Shown: positions 12,961 through 24,953, counted from the first letter of the stretch. The stretch: DNA of 64,000 nucleotides from Octopus sinensis (GCF_006345805.1 NC_043004.1:35650001-35714000); one strand, 5' to 3'. The notes: generated by a model from the letters alone, not told the origin. A program made the numbers and translations.

Positions 12961-13021
12961 TGCTCTAGCAGACAATCAACCTAACATGAAGGAAAGAGAA
13001 TCAACTAAACATATTCAGAAA

Positions 13022-13440
13022 CAGGCATGGGAGTGGCTGTGTGGTAAGTAGCTTGCTTACAAACCACATGGTTCCGGGTTCAGTCCCACTGCGTGGCACC
13101 TTGGGCAAGTGTCTTCTACTATAGCCTCGGGCCGACCAAAGCCTTGTGAGTAGATTTGGTAGACAGAAACTGAAAGAAGCCCGTCATGTATATGTATATA
13201 TATATGTACGTATGTGTGTATATGTTTTGTGTCTGTGTTTGTCCCCCCAACATCACTTGACAACTGATGCTGGTGTGTTTATGCCCCCGTAACTTAGCGG
13301 TTCGGTAAAAAGAGATGGGTAGAATAAGTACTAGGCTTACAAAGAATAAGTCCTGGGGTCGATTTGCTTGACTAAAGGCGGTGCTCCAGCATGGCCACAG
13401 TCAAATGACTGAAACAAGTAAAAGAGTAAAAGAGAGTAAA
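13022..13440 (+). mobile_element. SINE type C, full length
   Basis: tRNA-like head, conserved body, and a (GTAAAAGA)n-type tail. Confidence 0.92.
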
Positions 13441-13489
13441 CCATTTACTACATATTAAAATAGTAATGTATTTTCCAGTTACTTCTCCA

Positions 13490-13660
13490 CTTTTCCTTTT
13501 TCTCACTTATCCTATGCTTTTCTTCTGATGAAGGACTGATGTCCAAAACTTTAAGACCTTTTCCAACCTTTTAACTATTAAATATTTGTTAAAACTTGTC
13601 CCTCCTAACCCTCCTATGTTGATTTCTTACTTTTTGTTTTGGTTCAATAAATTGCCAACA
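13490..13660 (+). mobile_element. Penelope-type short element with a type I hammerhead core
   Basis: tctt-CTGATGA-A-GGAC-tgat-GTCC-AAAAC-ttt-aaga at 13521-13556. Confidence 0.65.
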
Positions 13661-15613
13661 GTATTAAACATAATGGTTTGTCAGTTGTGTATTTATGCAT
13701 TTGCTTATTTTAAAGGTTTTCCATTTGGTTGAATTATTTGAGCTTCACTGGATTTGTTCTGTTAAAATTTTGGTTTAACTTCATTGATTTTTCTGCTCAT
13801 GTTCTCCATTAGAATTTTCAGAAAATCAAAATGGTCCAGGATAAGAGACTGGTCAAAAACCTCAGCCTTAGCAGATTCAGATATCCAACTACAGCTCTTA
13901 GATATTCTGGCTGATGTTTGTCATGTTTTAAAAGTGTTTGCAACAGTGAATTGTTCAGAGGCAACCCTAAACAGTGTGACCCTTGAAATCAGTATCTTCT
14001 TACCAAAATACTTAGCTTAGATGTCATGCAATGGAGCCTACTCATCTACACATACTTACACACACATAGTAAAGATCAATAAGGACACAGACAATCCTAA
14101 GATAAAAATTAGACAGTTAGAAGGAAAGAGAGACAAAGATAGAAAGAGAGAGAGAGTGGAAAGAAGAGAGCAAATTAAAAGATTTTCTCTTGAAAATAAA
14201 TGTGACAACTGTAAAAATTGGGATGAACTGATGGGTGATTGATTCTATAAAATAGGACCTTTCAACATTGATACACAAATGTAAAGAAAATAGTTTCACT
14301 TATGATGACCCATATATTTGAGGTAAGAAACAATTTGGTGTTATTAGGCCGGTTCAAAGAGATTAATGGTGCCCCATTGCTATCTGTGCACAGATGGTAC
14401 CAAAGATCTTGACGATGATTTTCAACAATGAGAATTTAGTATTTATTGTAAACATGTTCTAATAAAGTTGAAAGCATGAAACCTATTTTAAAAATTGCCC
14501 GAGTTTATTGTTGGAGATTTTTATACTAAATTGAGTGAGAAAAATGACTGTATTGAAACTCTGTCGTTGTTACACTGTTTTAGCTTCCTTCAGTGACATA
14601 AAACCATTTAAAGTTATCAATATGGCAGGGTATACATTGCCTTCTGTGTTGTTTGTCTATAAGTCATATAAAAGATGAAACTTTTCTTTTTTTCTATATT
14701 TATTTCAGTTTGTTATCTTAGAGGGCATAAAACCACTATTTAGTATTGCTCCACCTTAGATTAGCAAATAAAATGAATTGTATTTGTAATAACTTTCAAT
14801 GTAAAATATTGCTATTTTCAAACAAATATATTATCTGAAAATATTTATAACTGAAAACTATTGGAAAGAGCAAAGCAGGATTTTTTCGTTCTTCATCTCA
14901 TGAATTATCTTTGGTGGAATGGCTTGAGCTTTTGTATTCACGGAAACAAATATGGAAATATGTCTTTATATGTACTTAATGGAGTTCTTCAGACAGATAA
15001 AACGAACATTTTGGCCCACCAGTTCTGATCGGAGACTATAAATTAAACAAAAATAAATAAAATAACAAATGGAAACTGATTTATTTCCCTTAATAATATA
15101 AACATATAAATACACAAACTGAGGCATAAATATTGGTTGCAATATATTTTCCATTCCTAACATGTCATTATAAATACACATACATACAAACATACAAACA
15201 CATGCTCACACACATCCTCATCATAATTATTACTGTCGCACACTTATTTATTGCAGTGGGTTGGATAAGTCTACCACACAATATCACTTGATGCTTTATT
15301 TTATTTGTATGGGCAAATATATTTACATTTGACTTGTTACTTCCTGTCTTCCTTAGTCTATCATTCATTAGTCATGCACAACAATTTACCACTCAACAAG
15401 GCACCACATTATTCAAACATGCCCTTGCTAATAACTGCTTTTTATCTCCTGTAGATTTACTGCAACTAATTCCACACAGCAATGGACATAATCACATTTT
15501 GTATGGTGGGGTTGGTGAAGGATGGTGGTGGCAATGGTGATGGAGGTGGTAGTGGTGGTCATCGTTGTTATCATGGTGCCTCTTCTGCTGGTCAAACCTA
15601 AAAAAACATCTCA

Positions 15614-15800
15614 TTGTGTCTGGGGAGAGTCATTCTCTTTTAGTGTCTTATTATTTAACACACTCACCAGTAACTATTGAAAAGGTTGCAAGACGCAATG
15701 AAAATTTTAGGAAAAATAAATAAGTAAACAAGTGGAAACTTTACCAGTGAATATGTTCAATAATGAGGCATCAAAAGAGAATGACTCTCCCCAGACACAA
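15614..15800. mobile_element. Hairpin MITE with ~60-bp terminal inverted repeats
   Basis: Arms 15614-15673 and 15741-15800; the outer 28 bp (TTGTGTCTGGGGAGAGTCATTCTCTTTT) are a perfect inverted match. Confidence 0.8.
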
Positions 15801-16225
15801 CAGTATATGCTTCAGCACACAAACTCACATAAAGAATTTTGCAAACCAAATCCAAAAATGAACTAAAAGACCACCATATCTCCATTAGAATTTTTCCATT
15901 GCAAATAAAATCTTTTGTTTCACCCCGTGTCACCAGGGTCATTTTCGATGGGATTTGGTTAACAGAAGGTGGAAATTGAGCTCAGAATTCGCAGTTCCAC
16001 AACAGGTGCCACAGATCTGCTGGCCTGAAATGGTAGTTTATTTATTAACCCTCAAAAATGAAAGACAAAGTTTACCTCATCAAGATTTGAACTTACAGTG
16101 GCAATAGTTGGAATAAGTATATGAAGTATTATATCTAAGGCTGTAATGACTCTGCCAAGTCACCACTATGTTGCACTACACACATGCACACATACACCAT
16201 TTCATACACGTTATTATATAAATAT

Positions 16226-16519
16226 ACTAGATGACCATGTGCCATGAAAAATGACGGTTAATTATAGTATTTTATATATAAATAAGATACAAAATAATCA
16301 CACATACAAGCATTCACATACTTCCCTTGAACACATACACACATATACTTACACAGAGTTGAAACACTGATTTTTGTTCACCCCTTCCTTCCTTATTCAT
16401 CTATCACCCCTTCCTTTCTCTCACTCTCTTTTAGTCAGTGCTATTACTCACACTACTTCTCCTTCACTGAATTACTATTTTCTCTTCTCTGCATCCGGCA
16501 TGATTCTGGACAAATATAT

Positions 16520-16553
<34 letters not shown>

Positions 16554-16594
16554 CAAATATATAAAACACTACGGTCATTATTATATTAGAAGAT
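16226..16594 (+). mobile_element. Non-autonomous Helitron-like (HINE/Lep1-type) element
   Basis: Starts ACTAGATGACC and ends ACGGTCATTATTATATTAGAAGAT, with subterminal inverted ATGACC/GGTCAT. Its body shares CATTCACATACTTCCCTT..CAGAGTTGAAACACT with 36335-36395. Confidence 0.6.
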
Positions 16595-16599
16595 ATCTA

Positions 16600-16981
16600 G
16601 AAGCACTCCGTCGGTTAAGACGATGAGGGTTCCGGTTGATCCGATCAACGGAACAGCCTGCTCGTGAAATTAACGTGTAAGTGGCTGAGCACTCCACAGA
16701 CACGTGTACCCTTAACGTAGTTCTCGGGGATATTCAGCGTGACACAGAGAGTGACAAGGCCGGCCCCTTGAAATACAGGTACAACAGAAACAGGAAGTAA
16801 GAGTGAGAGAAAGTTGTGGTGAAAGAGTACAGCAGGGATCACCACCATCCCCTGCCGGAGCCTCGTGGAGCTTTAGGTGTTTTTGCTCAATAAACACTCA
16901 CAACGCCCGGTCTGGGAATCGAAACCGCGATCCTACGACCGCGAGTCCGCTGCCCTAACCACTGGGCCATTGCACCTCCAC
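16600..16981 (-). mobile_element. tRNA-derived SINE, full length, head type A with 3' domain type B
   Basis: A box TGGCCCAGTGG and B box GGTTTCGATTCC. 10-bp TSD AAGATATCTA at 16590-16599 and 16982-16991. Confidence 0.9.
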
Positions 16982-17587
16982 AAGATATCTAATGACTGCT
17001 AGATAGAGGGATAGAGATAGGTAGAGGAAGTGAGAAAGAGAAATGTACAAACAAGAAAAGTGAACCAAACACATTTATATATGGTTCATATTTATTTGCA
17101 TTAACAGTTTGACACTGAATCACATTACTTAAAGTTCCATGGAAGTGAGTAAAACCCTCACTTAGATGCTTTGATCTGCTTGGCTAGACTTTTACTACTT
17201 CTAAATAAGACAAGATGTCACCAGATAATGACTAAGGCTCTCTTCATTGCCTAAATCCAAATCAGACTGTAGGATTTTTTTTCCTTTGAACATTGAATTC
17301 TTATAGATATAGATTTCTATAATTCAGAAATGATCTAGACTCAAACTTTCAGCTTTGATGAAGTTTTATAATCTATATATTCACAGAGTACCCCTATTTA
17401 TTTACTCTTATATACAACTAATTCCAAATGTTTATTTTTGGCTGTACTCTGCTTCACTCATTCCACTAGAAATATTCAATTGTCAAATTAAGGGCATAAT
17501 TCCAGAGACTAATCATAGATGTCCCCACCCTCACCACAACACACAATCACATAAAACAGACTTCCAGCAGATTGTGCTTTAGCTTTA

Positions 17588-18156
17588 CGTTGTTGTTGGC
17601 ATCCTTTTTGTCTCGGGAGACAATGGAGTTGTGCATAAAATACTCTAGTCCGGCTTTTACATTTCATGTCCTAATACATCTCCTGCTGTGGCTGTGGACA
17701 AACACTCCCTCTGGCAGGTGCCGCAAATGTAGCGAAGACTTTGCCTGGCTGGTTGTAATGTCATAGTTTCTTGTTGATGTCTTTTCTTGTCTTTCCATTT
17801 CTCCTCTCTCTCTCTGTCACGCCTTTGTGTTCCCTCTTTTACGGTACGTCGCCAATCTCCATGGTTGCTGGCAACTGCTTCCCAGTTGCTAATATTGATG
17901 TTGCAGGCCTTCATGTCCCTTTTGCAAACATCGTTGTATCTTTCACCTGTGCTACCTCCGGAAAATCCTTGGTATCAAATGGCAGAATCATGTCCCCAAC
18001 AAAGATGTCCTGAAGCAAGCAAGAATACCAAGCTTGTTTGCACTCCTCACACAAAGATGTATGAGATGGCTTGGACATGTTAACCGTATGGAAGATGGCA
18101 GAATCCCCAAAGACATACTCTACGGAGAGCTTGCTAGGGGCACTAGGTCTGTGGGA
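17588..18156 (-). mobile_element. RTE (BovB-like) LINE 3' end with an inverted 5' segment
   Basis: The minus part 17588-~17950 encodes RYNDVCKRDMKACNI..WEAVA..WR..CGTC and ends ..AAGGATGCCAACAACAAC. The plus part ~17955-18156 encodes LRKILGIKWQNHVPNKDVL..RWLGHVNRMEDGRIPKDILYGEL. TSD AGCTTTA at 17581-17587 and 18157-18163. Confidence 0.85.
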
Positions 18157-18200
18157 AGCTTTATATTACATCAACCAAATAAAGAAAACTAATTTCTTAC

Positions 18201-18244
18201 ATTGGAACAAGATCAGGATTTAATGGAGGCAGAGTTTCCAAATG
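18201..18244 (-). CDS. Putative internal coding exon HLETLPPLNPDLVP (44 nt, phase 0 to 2)
   Basis: Acceptor aactgtgttatttcag and donor GTAAGA; only frame 0 is open; phases fit both neighbouring exons. Confidence 0.55.
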
Positions 18245-18419
18245 CTGAAATAACACAGTTTATCTGATTCAGGTCTTGCGTGAATTTTACTTTAATTTAC
18301 ATAAATGGAGATAACATCTAAATATAAATTAATTTTGGGATCTTTACATGTAGATATGGATTATTGTTGTTGTTGTTGTAGTTGTTATTGTCAGTTCTGG
18401 TCAAGTAAACTTAATGGCA

Positions 18420-19260
18420 CACAGAGTGATGATCAAAGAATCGGTCATTTGGTATTCTTGCAGAAGCCATTTTGTCTTTCTGAAGATTTCAAAGTTAAAT
18501 GTGTGAGAAGATTTTGAAGACACCAAGGAATTAGTGAAATGTGATTTCTACCGTATCGATTAGGTCATGTGACTATGTTAAAGCATTTACCGATTTAGAC
18601 AATGGTACACTATTTGAAGACAAGCAAAAATAAGTTAAACATCATAAAGAGATAAACTCAAGCAAGATAAAGCAGATGATATGATTGTCTTGTAACGTTT
18701 AAGAGGATTCCTTTATATTCTGCCAGGGGTTTATAAAATAGTCCCCAGGATTTAGATCTATTTAATCAAATACATTATGCAAATATTTGAAACCAGTACA
18801 AGTTACATTTCAACATATGCTTTTAAATGAAATAAATCTTATAAGTTTACATGATGCAGTTTGTCTGAAAAGTGTGTGATAAATCTGCAATAGACAGAAA
18901 TGGTGTGCCAAAGTGAAATGGTGTGCAAGTGTATAAATAGACACCCTTCAATGTATGTCAATGGATAGAAGGGTACAGTGATAGCAAATGATGCACGATT
19001 ACAGCATTTATGCAAGACAGAACATTATGCCAATATTTGCATTGGTAGGAAATTTATAGACATTTGTGATGGGCGTGGAGAGCAAAGTTACAAAGTTATG
19101 TTTGGTTCCCTAGGAGAATGATGTTTGATCTGTTAGCATCAGCAAAAATACTGCAGAGGGAAAATTTCTAAATTCTTGGTGATTTATGGCTTGGAAGTTG
19201 TGAAAATAAGATGAAATTCATAAGAGACATTTCTAATCGAAACTTACAAGATGCTTTTCA
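18420..19260 (+). mobile_element. Highly decayed LINE reverse-transcriptase remnant (clade uncertain)
   Basis: Patches such as DYVKAFTDLDNG (KAFD-like) and FLVIYGLEV/WLGS. Stops are frequent. Confidence 0.35.
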
Positions 19261-20023
19261 ATAATTGTAGTGTTTCATACTGTGAAATGCGTCTGTGTAG
19301 ATGGGGGTGAGTGTTTGTGGGTTGTGGGAATACTGCGGGGATTTTATGCATGTTCTGAGTATGTAGCATTGTAATATGAATATATCTGTGTTTGTGTGTG
19401 TGTGTGCATATTTGTGTTTAAGCATCTGTATCGGTGTGTTTTTGTGGATGCGTGTGTATGTGCATTTCTGCAGCAGAGTATGTTTACAGAGATGTGTTTA
19501 TGCATGTGCATAACATGCACTGATATTTGGCTCTAATGAGGAAATGAAAGAAGCCTTTTATGAACAGTTGAATAATATATCATTCAATGGGAATAGCTGA
19601 ACGTGCCTTTGTTGGTCAGAAAGAGGATCAATGGATATTTTTGAACTATGCACAACAACAACTAGTGTATGAAATGCCAGAGATAAGAGAACAAATAATA
19701 CATTTTCACTGTATTACAACAAAGAGTAGAGCAATATTTTAGAGGGAAACAGAAAAGTTTGTTCAGAATATTTAAAACAGTAATGGGTAAATTTATAAGG
19801 CTGAGACTTTATACTTTTTAGCTGTAGCTTAACTGCTTTCATTGAACAGACATATGATATGATCAAAAGCCTACCAGCCATGACCATCCAGTCTTTTACA
19901 ATTATATTATATGAGTTCTTTTTTTCCCTTTCTCTTGATAGTAGGAGTATGATTTGAGAGAGATTTGGTGATTATTTCTTGCAGGTCAGGTAATCACACT
20001 TGCTTCTTATGTGTCATAACAGA

Positions 20024-20061
<38 letters not shown>

Positions 20062-20959
20062 TACAGGGGCAACCATAAAGCTGCCCTGGGAAAGCTAAAT
20101 TTTTGGACCCTTACAAATACATCTTTTTAACATTTTTACAAGGAGAAAAAAAAATTAAACACTGCAAATACAAAATAAAGCATTTATTACAGTTTACTTA
20201 AAATAGGAACAAAGTTTTTATTTTCATTTTCCCCCTTATACTTTTGATTATCCTAAGCACGTGATACTCCAGATGACTGTTTCAATTAGCCACACACACA
20301 CACACACACTTTTCAAATTTCAGCAGGCAACAACAGCAGTACTACTTCTATCCAAGTTTTCTGCTACACTGCTACCTTTGACTTGATTTTGCTTGTAAAG
20401 ATCAGAAGAACACCAATCATTACAATAATCAATAGTCATGTAGCTCCCTGTAGTATCGTTCACATGACACTACAGATTGGTTCAAGTTATTCAACCTACA
20501 CATTTCCTCTCGTTTCCTTGCTTGGACGAAGCAACTTTCACAAGTTACATGAACATTGATAATTTGAATGGATACATATTTAACAATTACAAGCCATTGC
20601 AGCTTACAGTTACACATGCTTCTCTGATCACTGCCTACACTCATCTAAACTCAGTGTGAAGCACATGCTTAGCTGAAAGAATAACCAAAGTAGTGAGCAT
20701 ATTTCTGCCAGTTCTTCTCAAAGAGAAATTGAAATACACAAACGCCTTGTAAAGCACATTACATGTATCACTTAAAGGTCATAAGCGTAACACATGTACA
20801 ACCACACTCATTCAACATTTGTATCAAGCCTTTCTTCAGATGATATACTTTTGTGGTAAGACTAGCTGCTCTTTTCAATTTCTTTCAAAGATTATTTTCG
20901 AACATTTTCAAATGCCATTCTATAAAATAGATGAACTGTAGTTTTATATCACATCAAAA

Positions 20960-21615
20960 TCATCATCATCATTTAACACCCAGTTTCTATGCTAGCATGG
21001 GTTCGACGATTTGCACCAGGCTCCAATCTGATCTGGCAGAGTTTCTACAGCTAGATGCCATTCCTAACGCCAACCATTCCAAGAGTGTAGTGGGTGCTTT
21101 TACGTGCCACTGGCATGAGGGCCAGTCTGACGGTACTGACAATGGCCATGCTCAAATGGTGTTTTTTACGTGCCACCTGCACAGGAGTCAGTCCAGCAGC
21201 CCTGGCAACGACCTCGCTTGAATGTTTTATTCACATGCCACCAGCTCAAGTGCCAGTAAGGCAATGCAGATAATGATCACACTTAAAATGTGCTTTTTAT
21301 GTGCCACTGGCATAGAAGCCAGACAGCTGCTCGCGTAGTGATCCTGCTCAGATGGCACTGTTAGCACTCCACTGAAACAGGTGTCAGTCATCGAATTTGG
21401 TTCCTATTTTGATTTCACTTGCCCCAACAGGTCTTCACAAGCAGAGTTTAGTGTCCAATGAGGGAAGGTTGGCATGGGTACCAGTCGAATTTGGTTCGAT
21501 TTTGAATTCAATTTCGAATCCGATTTCAACCTCTAGGGTGTGACACTTTTTCACATAACTATCCTCATCCATTCTCGCCACATGACCATACCAGCACAAT
21601 CGTCTCTCCAGCTTA
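20960..21615 (-). mobile_element. RTE 3' fragment plus 3' UTR and (GAT)n tail
   Basis: RRLCWYGHVARMDEDSYVKKCHTLEVE; the tail CCCATGCTAGCAT..TTAAATGATGATG is shared with 42220-43201 and 59704-62300. Confidence 0.8.
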
Positions 21616-22129
21616 CCAGTTCCAGTCAAACCGTTTAATTCATACCAGCATGGAAAACAGACACTAAAATGATGATGATGATGTATGTATGTATATACAA
21701 ATCCTTCATAAAACAATGACATTTGATGTGTATGTACAAAGTGTTGTGAAACAAGGACAATCACAACCCACATCTACATATTGGGGCACCTCTTTGAAGG
21801 ATCTCTTTTTGATGAAATCAGCCCTAGTGTTTTAAGTGTTCTACTTTCTCCACTGATCTCTTTTCGATGAACTTTTAAGTTGCAAGAATGTAAACAAACC
21901 AATGCCAGCTGTCCCAAAGTTGGAAGCAGTCATAAAGCAGTACACACATACACATCAACACACATGACAGGTTTCTGTACAGTTTCCATCACTGAAATAC
22001 ACCCACACAACATTGGTCAAGTTGGGGCCATAATAGAAAACACTTCACGAAGGTACCACACAATGGAAATGAACCCAAGGCTATGTGGTTGGGAAGCAAA
22101 TGTCTCGACTACAAAGTGTTGCTGGTGTC

Positions 22130-22330
22130 TCATCATCATCATCATTTAATGTCCATTGTCCATGCTGGCATGGGTTGAGTGGTTTGATCAGAGCTAGCAA
22201 CCTGGGGAGCTGCACCAGACTCCAGTCTGTTTTGACATGGTATTTATGCTTGGATGCCTTTCCTAACACCAACCACTTTACAGAGTGTTCTGGGTGCTTT
22301 TACACAGGACCACACAGGAGTTTTTATATG
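22130..22330 (-). mobile_element. RTE-family 3' UTR/tail fragment
   Basis: CATCATCATTTAATGTCC..CCATGCTGGCATGGGTTG..GGATGCCTTTCCTAACACC, the same tail family. Confidence 0.75.
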
Positions 22331-22679
22331 ACATACGTCTTGCATTGAAATTACTGCTGTGATGTCCTTATCAACCAAGCCACAAACTATACATAACCAT
22401 GAATATGATGACATCTATTAATGATGAGAAATTGAATGGATCAAAACGAAGCATCCATCTATAACTACAACTAAATATATACAGTAAAGGTAGGATTACT
22501 AGTCCTGAAAAGTCTAATATTGAATGCTAACAAGGACACAGGGAATTTTGAATATTCCCAGAAATGTATAAATATCTAAAATGGATGGAAAGGACCACAT
22601 TTTAGGGACACATTAAATGTGCATGCATGAATCTGTTAGTATGTTTCCAGGCTTTTCTTTGAGTTTTATTTAAGTTCTT

Positions 22680-22870
22680 CACAAAAGAGTTCAACATTGA
22701 CAGATATTTGTCCTCATTTTTTTGTTGTTAACACAATGTTTCGGCTGATATACCCTTCAGTCTTCATCAGGTGCTTTGGGGAAATTTTGAACCTGGTTTC
22801 TCATTCCTAAGGTATTTTTCAATATTATTATTATTATTCAAGTCACGGCCTGGAATCGAACTGTTTTCAT
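22680..22870 (-). mobile_element. Penelope-type short element with a type I hammerhead core
   Basis: Minus strand gcac-CTGATGA-A-GACTG-aagggtatat-CAGCC-GAAAC-att-gtgt at ~22731-22774, next to (TAA)n. Confidence 0.65.
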
Positions 22871-23019
22871 GGAAAACTGGCAAAGAATATCTCTGCTTCT
22901 ATACTGGTCACACTCATTTACATTAATCTCATAATACCAAAACAAGGATACAAAAGTACACTCTTCCTCCATATATATGTGTGTGTGCACACGTACATAC
23001 ACATATATATCATTTATAA

Positions 23020-23340
23020 ATATATATTATAATGTATATATTTACATATATATGTATATATACATATAAATCTATATATCAGATATGGTACATAGTTACG
23101 ATAACACACTGATACATATATAGATACATGTATATACATATATATATACATATACATATATATACATATATATACACATATACATATATATACACATATA
23201 CATACACATATACATATATATATATATATATATACATATATATATACATATATACATATATATAAATACATATATATACATATATATATACATATAAACT
23301 GGCAAAATGACCATTCCGAAATACAACAATATATATATAC
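23020..23340. repeat. Compound TA/TACA microsatellite
   Basis: Directly visible. Confidence 0.95.
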
Positions 23341-23594
23341 CATCATCCACATATTCGCATGCACACACATATACAAACATACAAACATCTGAAAAGTAAA
23401 TAGATCACATAATTTTTGAAAGATTTATTTCTAGGGGCAAAATGATGTCATCTGATACATTTAAATATTTCATCTAGTAATTAGTAGCCATGACGTGCAG
23501 TTTTTAAGTATTTAAGCTGTTTGAGTATTGTGCTGTTTGCATTGATAAAACGATATGATGAGGAGTGTCTATTAACCTTTGAGATATCTATATG

Positions 23595-24857
23595 CAGGGG
23601 TTGGACAAAATAATGGAAACACCTAGCATCGTAGTATCATCATTTTGAAATATCTATAAAACCATCAAAAGCTTGTTTATTTTTATGTTTTTTTTATTTA
23701 TTATTAATGTTGCTTAATATACTTTGCTAAAACTGCTTTTTCTTTTCAGATATCATCAGAAAATGGTAATTAAAATACATTAAAATAACAGATCTATCAG
23801 ACTTTCAAAGAGGTCAAATTGTTGGAGCTCATATAGCAGGTGCTAGCATAACGAAAACAGCTGAAATGTTTGGTGAATCAAGAAGTACAGTCTCAAAAGT
23901 AATGACAGCCTTTGAGAAAGTGGGAAAAACCTCCACATCAAAACAAAACTCTGGAAGAATACCAAAACTTTCAGATAGGAACCATCGGACTCTTACGCAA
24001 ATTGTTAGAAAGGATCACATAAGTACAGCTCCCAAAATTACTGCAGAGCTTAATGACCACCCTGAGAACCCAGTTTCCACAAAAACTGTGTGCATGGGGC
24101 TGCACAAAACTGGATTTCACGAGAAGGCTGCAATCATAAAATCACTACTTTCAAAAACAAACATTGCAAAGCATTTAGAGTGGAGTAAAAACCTACAAAA
24201 TTGGTCTCTAGAGCAGTGGAAGAATGTTATTTTCTGACGAGTCATCTTTTACCTTATTTTCGACTACTGGCCAAGTATCCATGTGGAGGAAGCCAAAAGA
24301 AGCATTTGATCCACACTGCCTTCTTCAAACTGTTAAACATGGAGGAGTAACTGTGATGATCTGGGGGCGAGGGGCTATATCTTGGAAATTCACCGGCCCA
24401 ATGGTTTTCCTTCATGGCAGAATTAATAGTCAAGACTATTTAAGCATTTTATCTGATCAAATTCATCCTATGGTTTCGGAACTGCTTCCTCAGGGAAACG
24501 CAATCTTTCAGGATGATTATGCACCAATTCACACAGCTAAATTTATTACTGAATGGCACAAGGAACATTCTAGTGAAGTTGAACTACAGTCCCCAGATCT
24601 CAATATTATTGAACATTTATGGTGCATTTCAGAAAAATAGGTAAGGAGTCGATATCCTCCACCATCATCGCTACAAGAACTGGAGACTGTTTTAGCTGAA
24701 GAATGGACAAAAATTCCTTTGGAAACAATTCAAACTCTGTACGAGTCCATACCTCATAGAATTCAAGCTGCAATTACTGCCAAAGACGGTCCTACCCCAA
24801 ATTACAATAAATTTGCTTGAAATTTTACGGTGTTTCCATTATTTTGTCCAACCCCTG
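23595..24857 (+). mobile_element. Tc1/mariner DNA transposon, complete outline, inactive
   Basis: Perfect 29-bp TIRs CAGGGGTTGGACAAAATAATGGAAACACC at 23595-23623 and 24829-24857. TA target on the right; TG on the left. Confidence 0.97.
23785..24805 (+). pseudogene. Tc1-family transposase pseudogene
   Basis: Start mutated (ATA-ACA-GAT-CTA). Paired-like HTH region, then FSDES with a 1-nt frameshift at ~24235, TVKHGG..MIWG, FQDDYAPIH and QSPDLNIIEHLW. TAG at 24638; C-terminus ..IQAAITAKDGPTP. Confidence 0.95.
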
Positions 24858-24911
24858 TATATATAACCCATGCTAGCATGGAAAGCAGATGTTAAACGAT
24901 GATGATGATGA

Positions 24912-24942
<31 letters not shown>

Positions 24943-24953
<11 letters not shown>

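Noticed and set aside
15733-15866. Open frame VETLPVNMFNNEASKENDSPQTQQ...
   Set aside because: Overlaps the right arm of the hairpin MITE.
20608-20672. Minus-strand exon-like segment (ttctttcag ... GTAAGC)
   Set aside because: Stops in all frames and no phase-consistent role in the chain.
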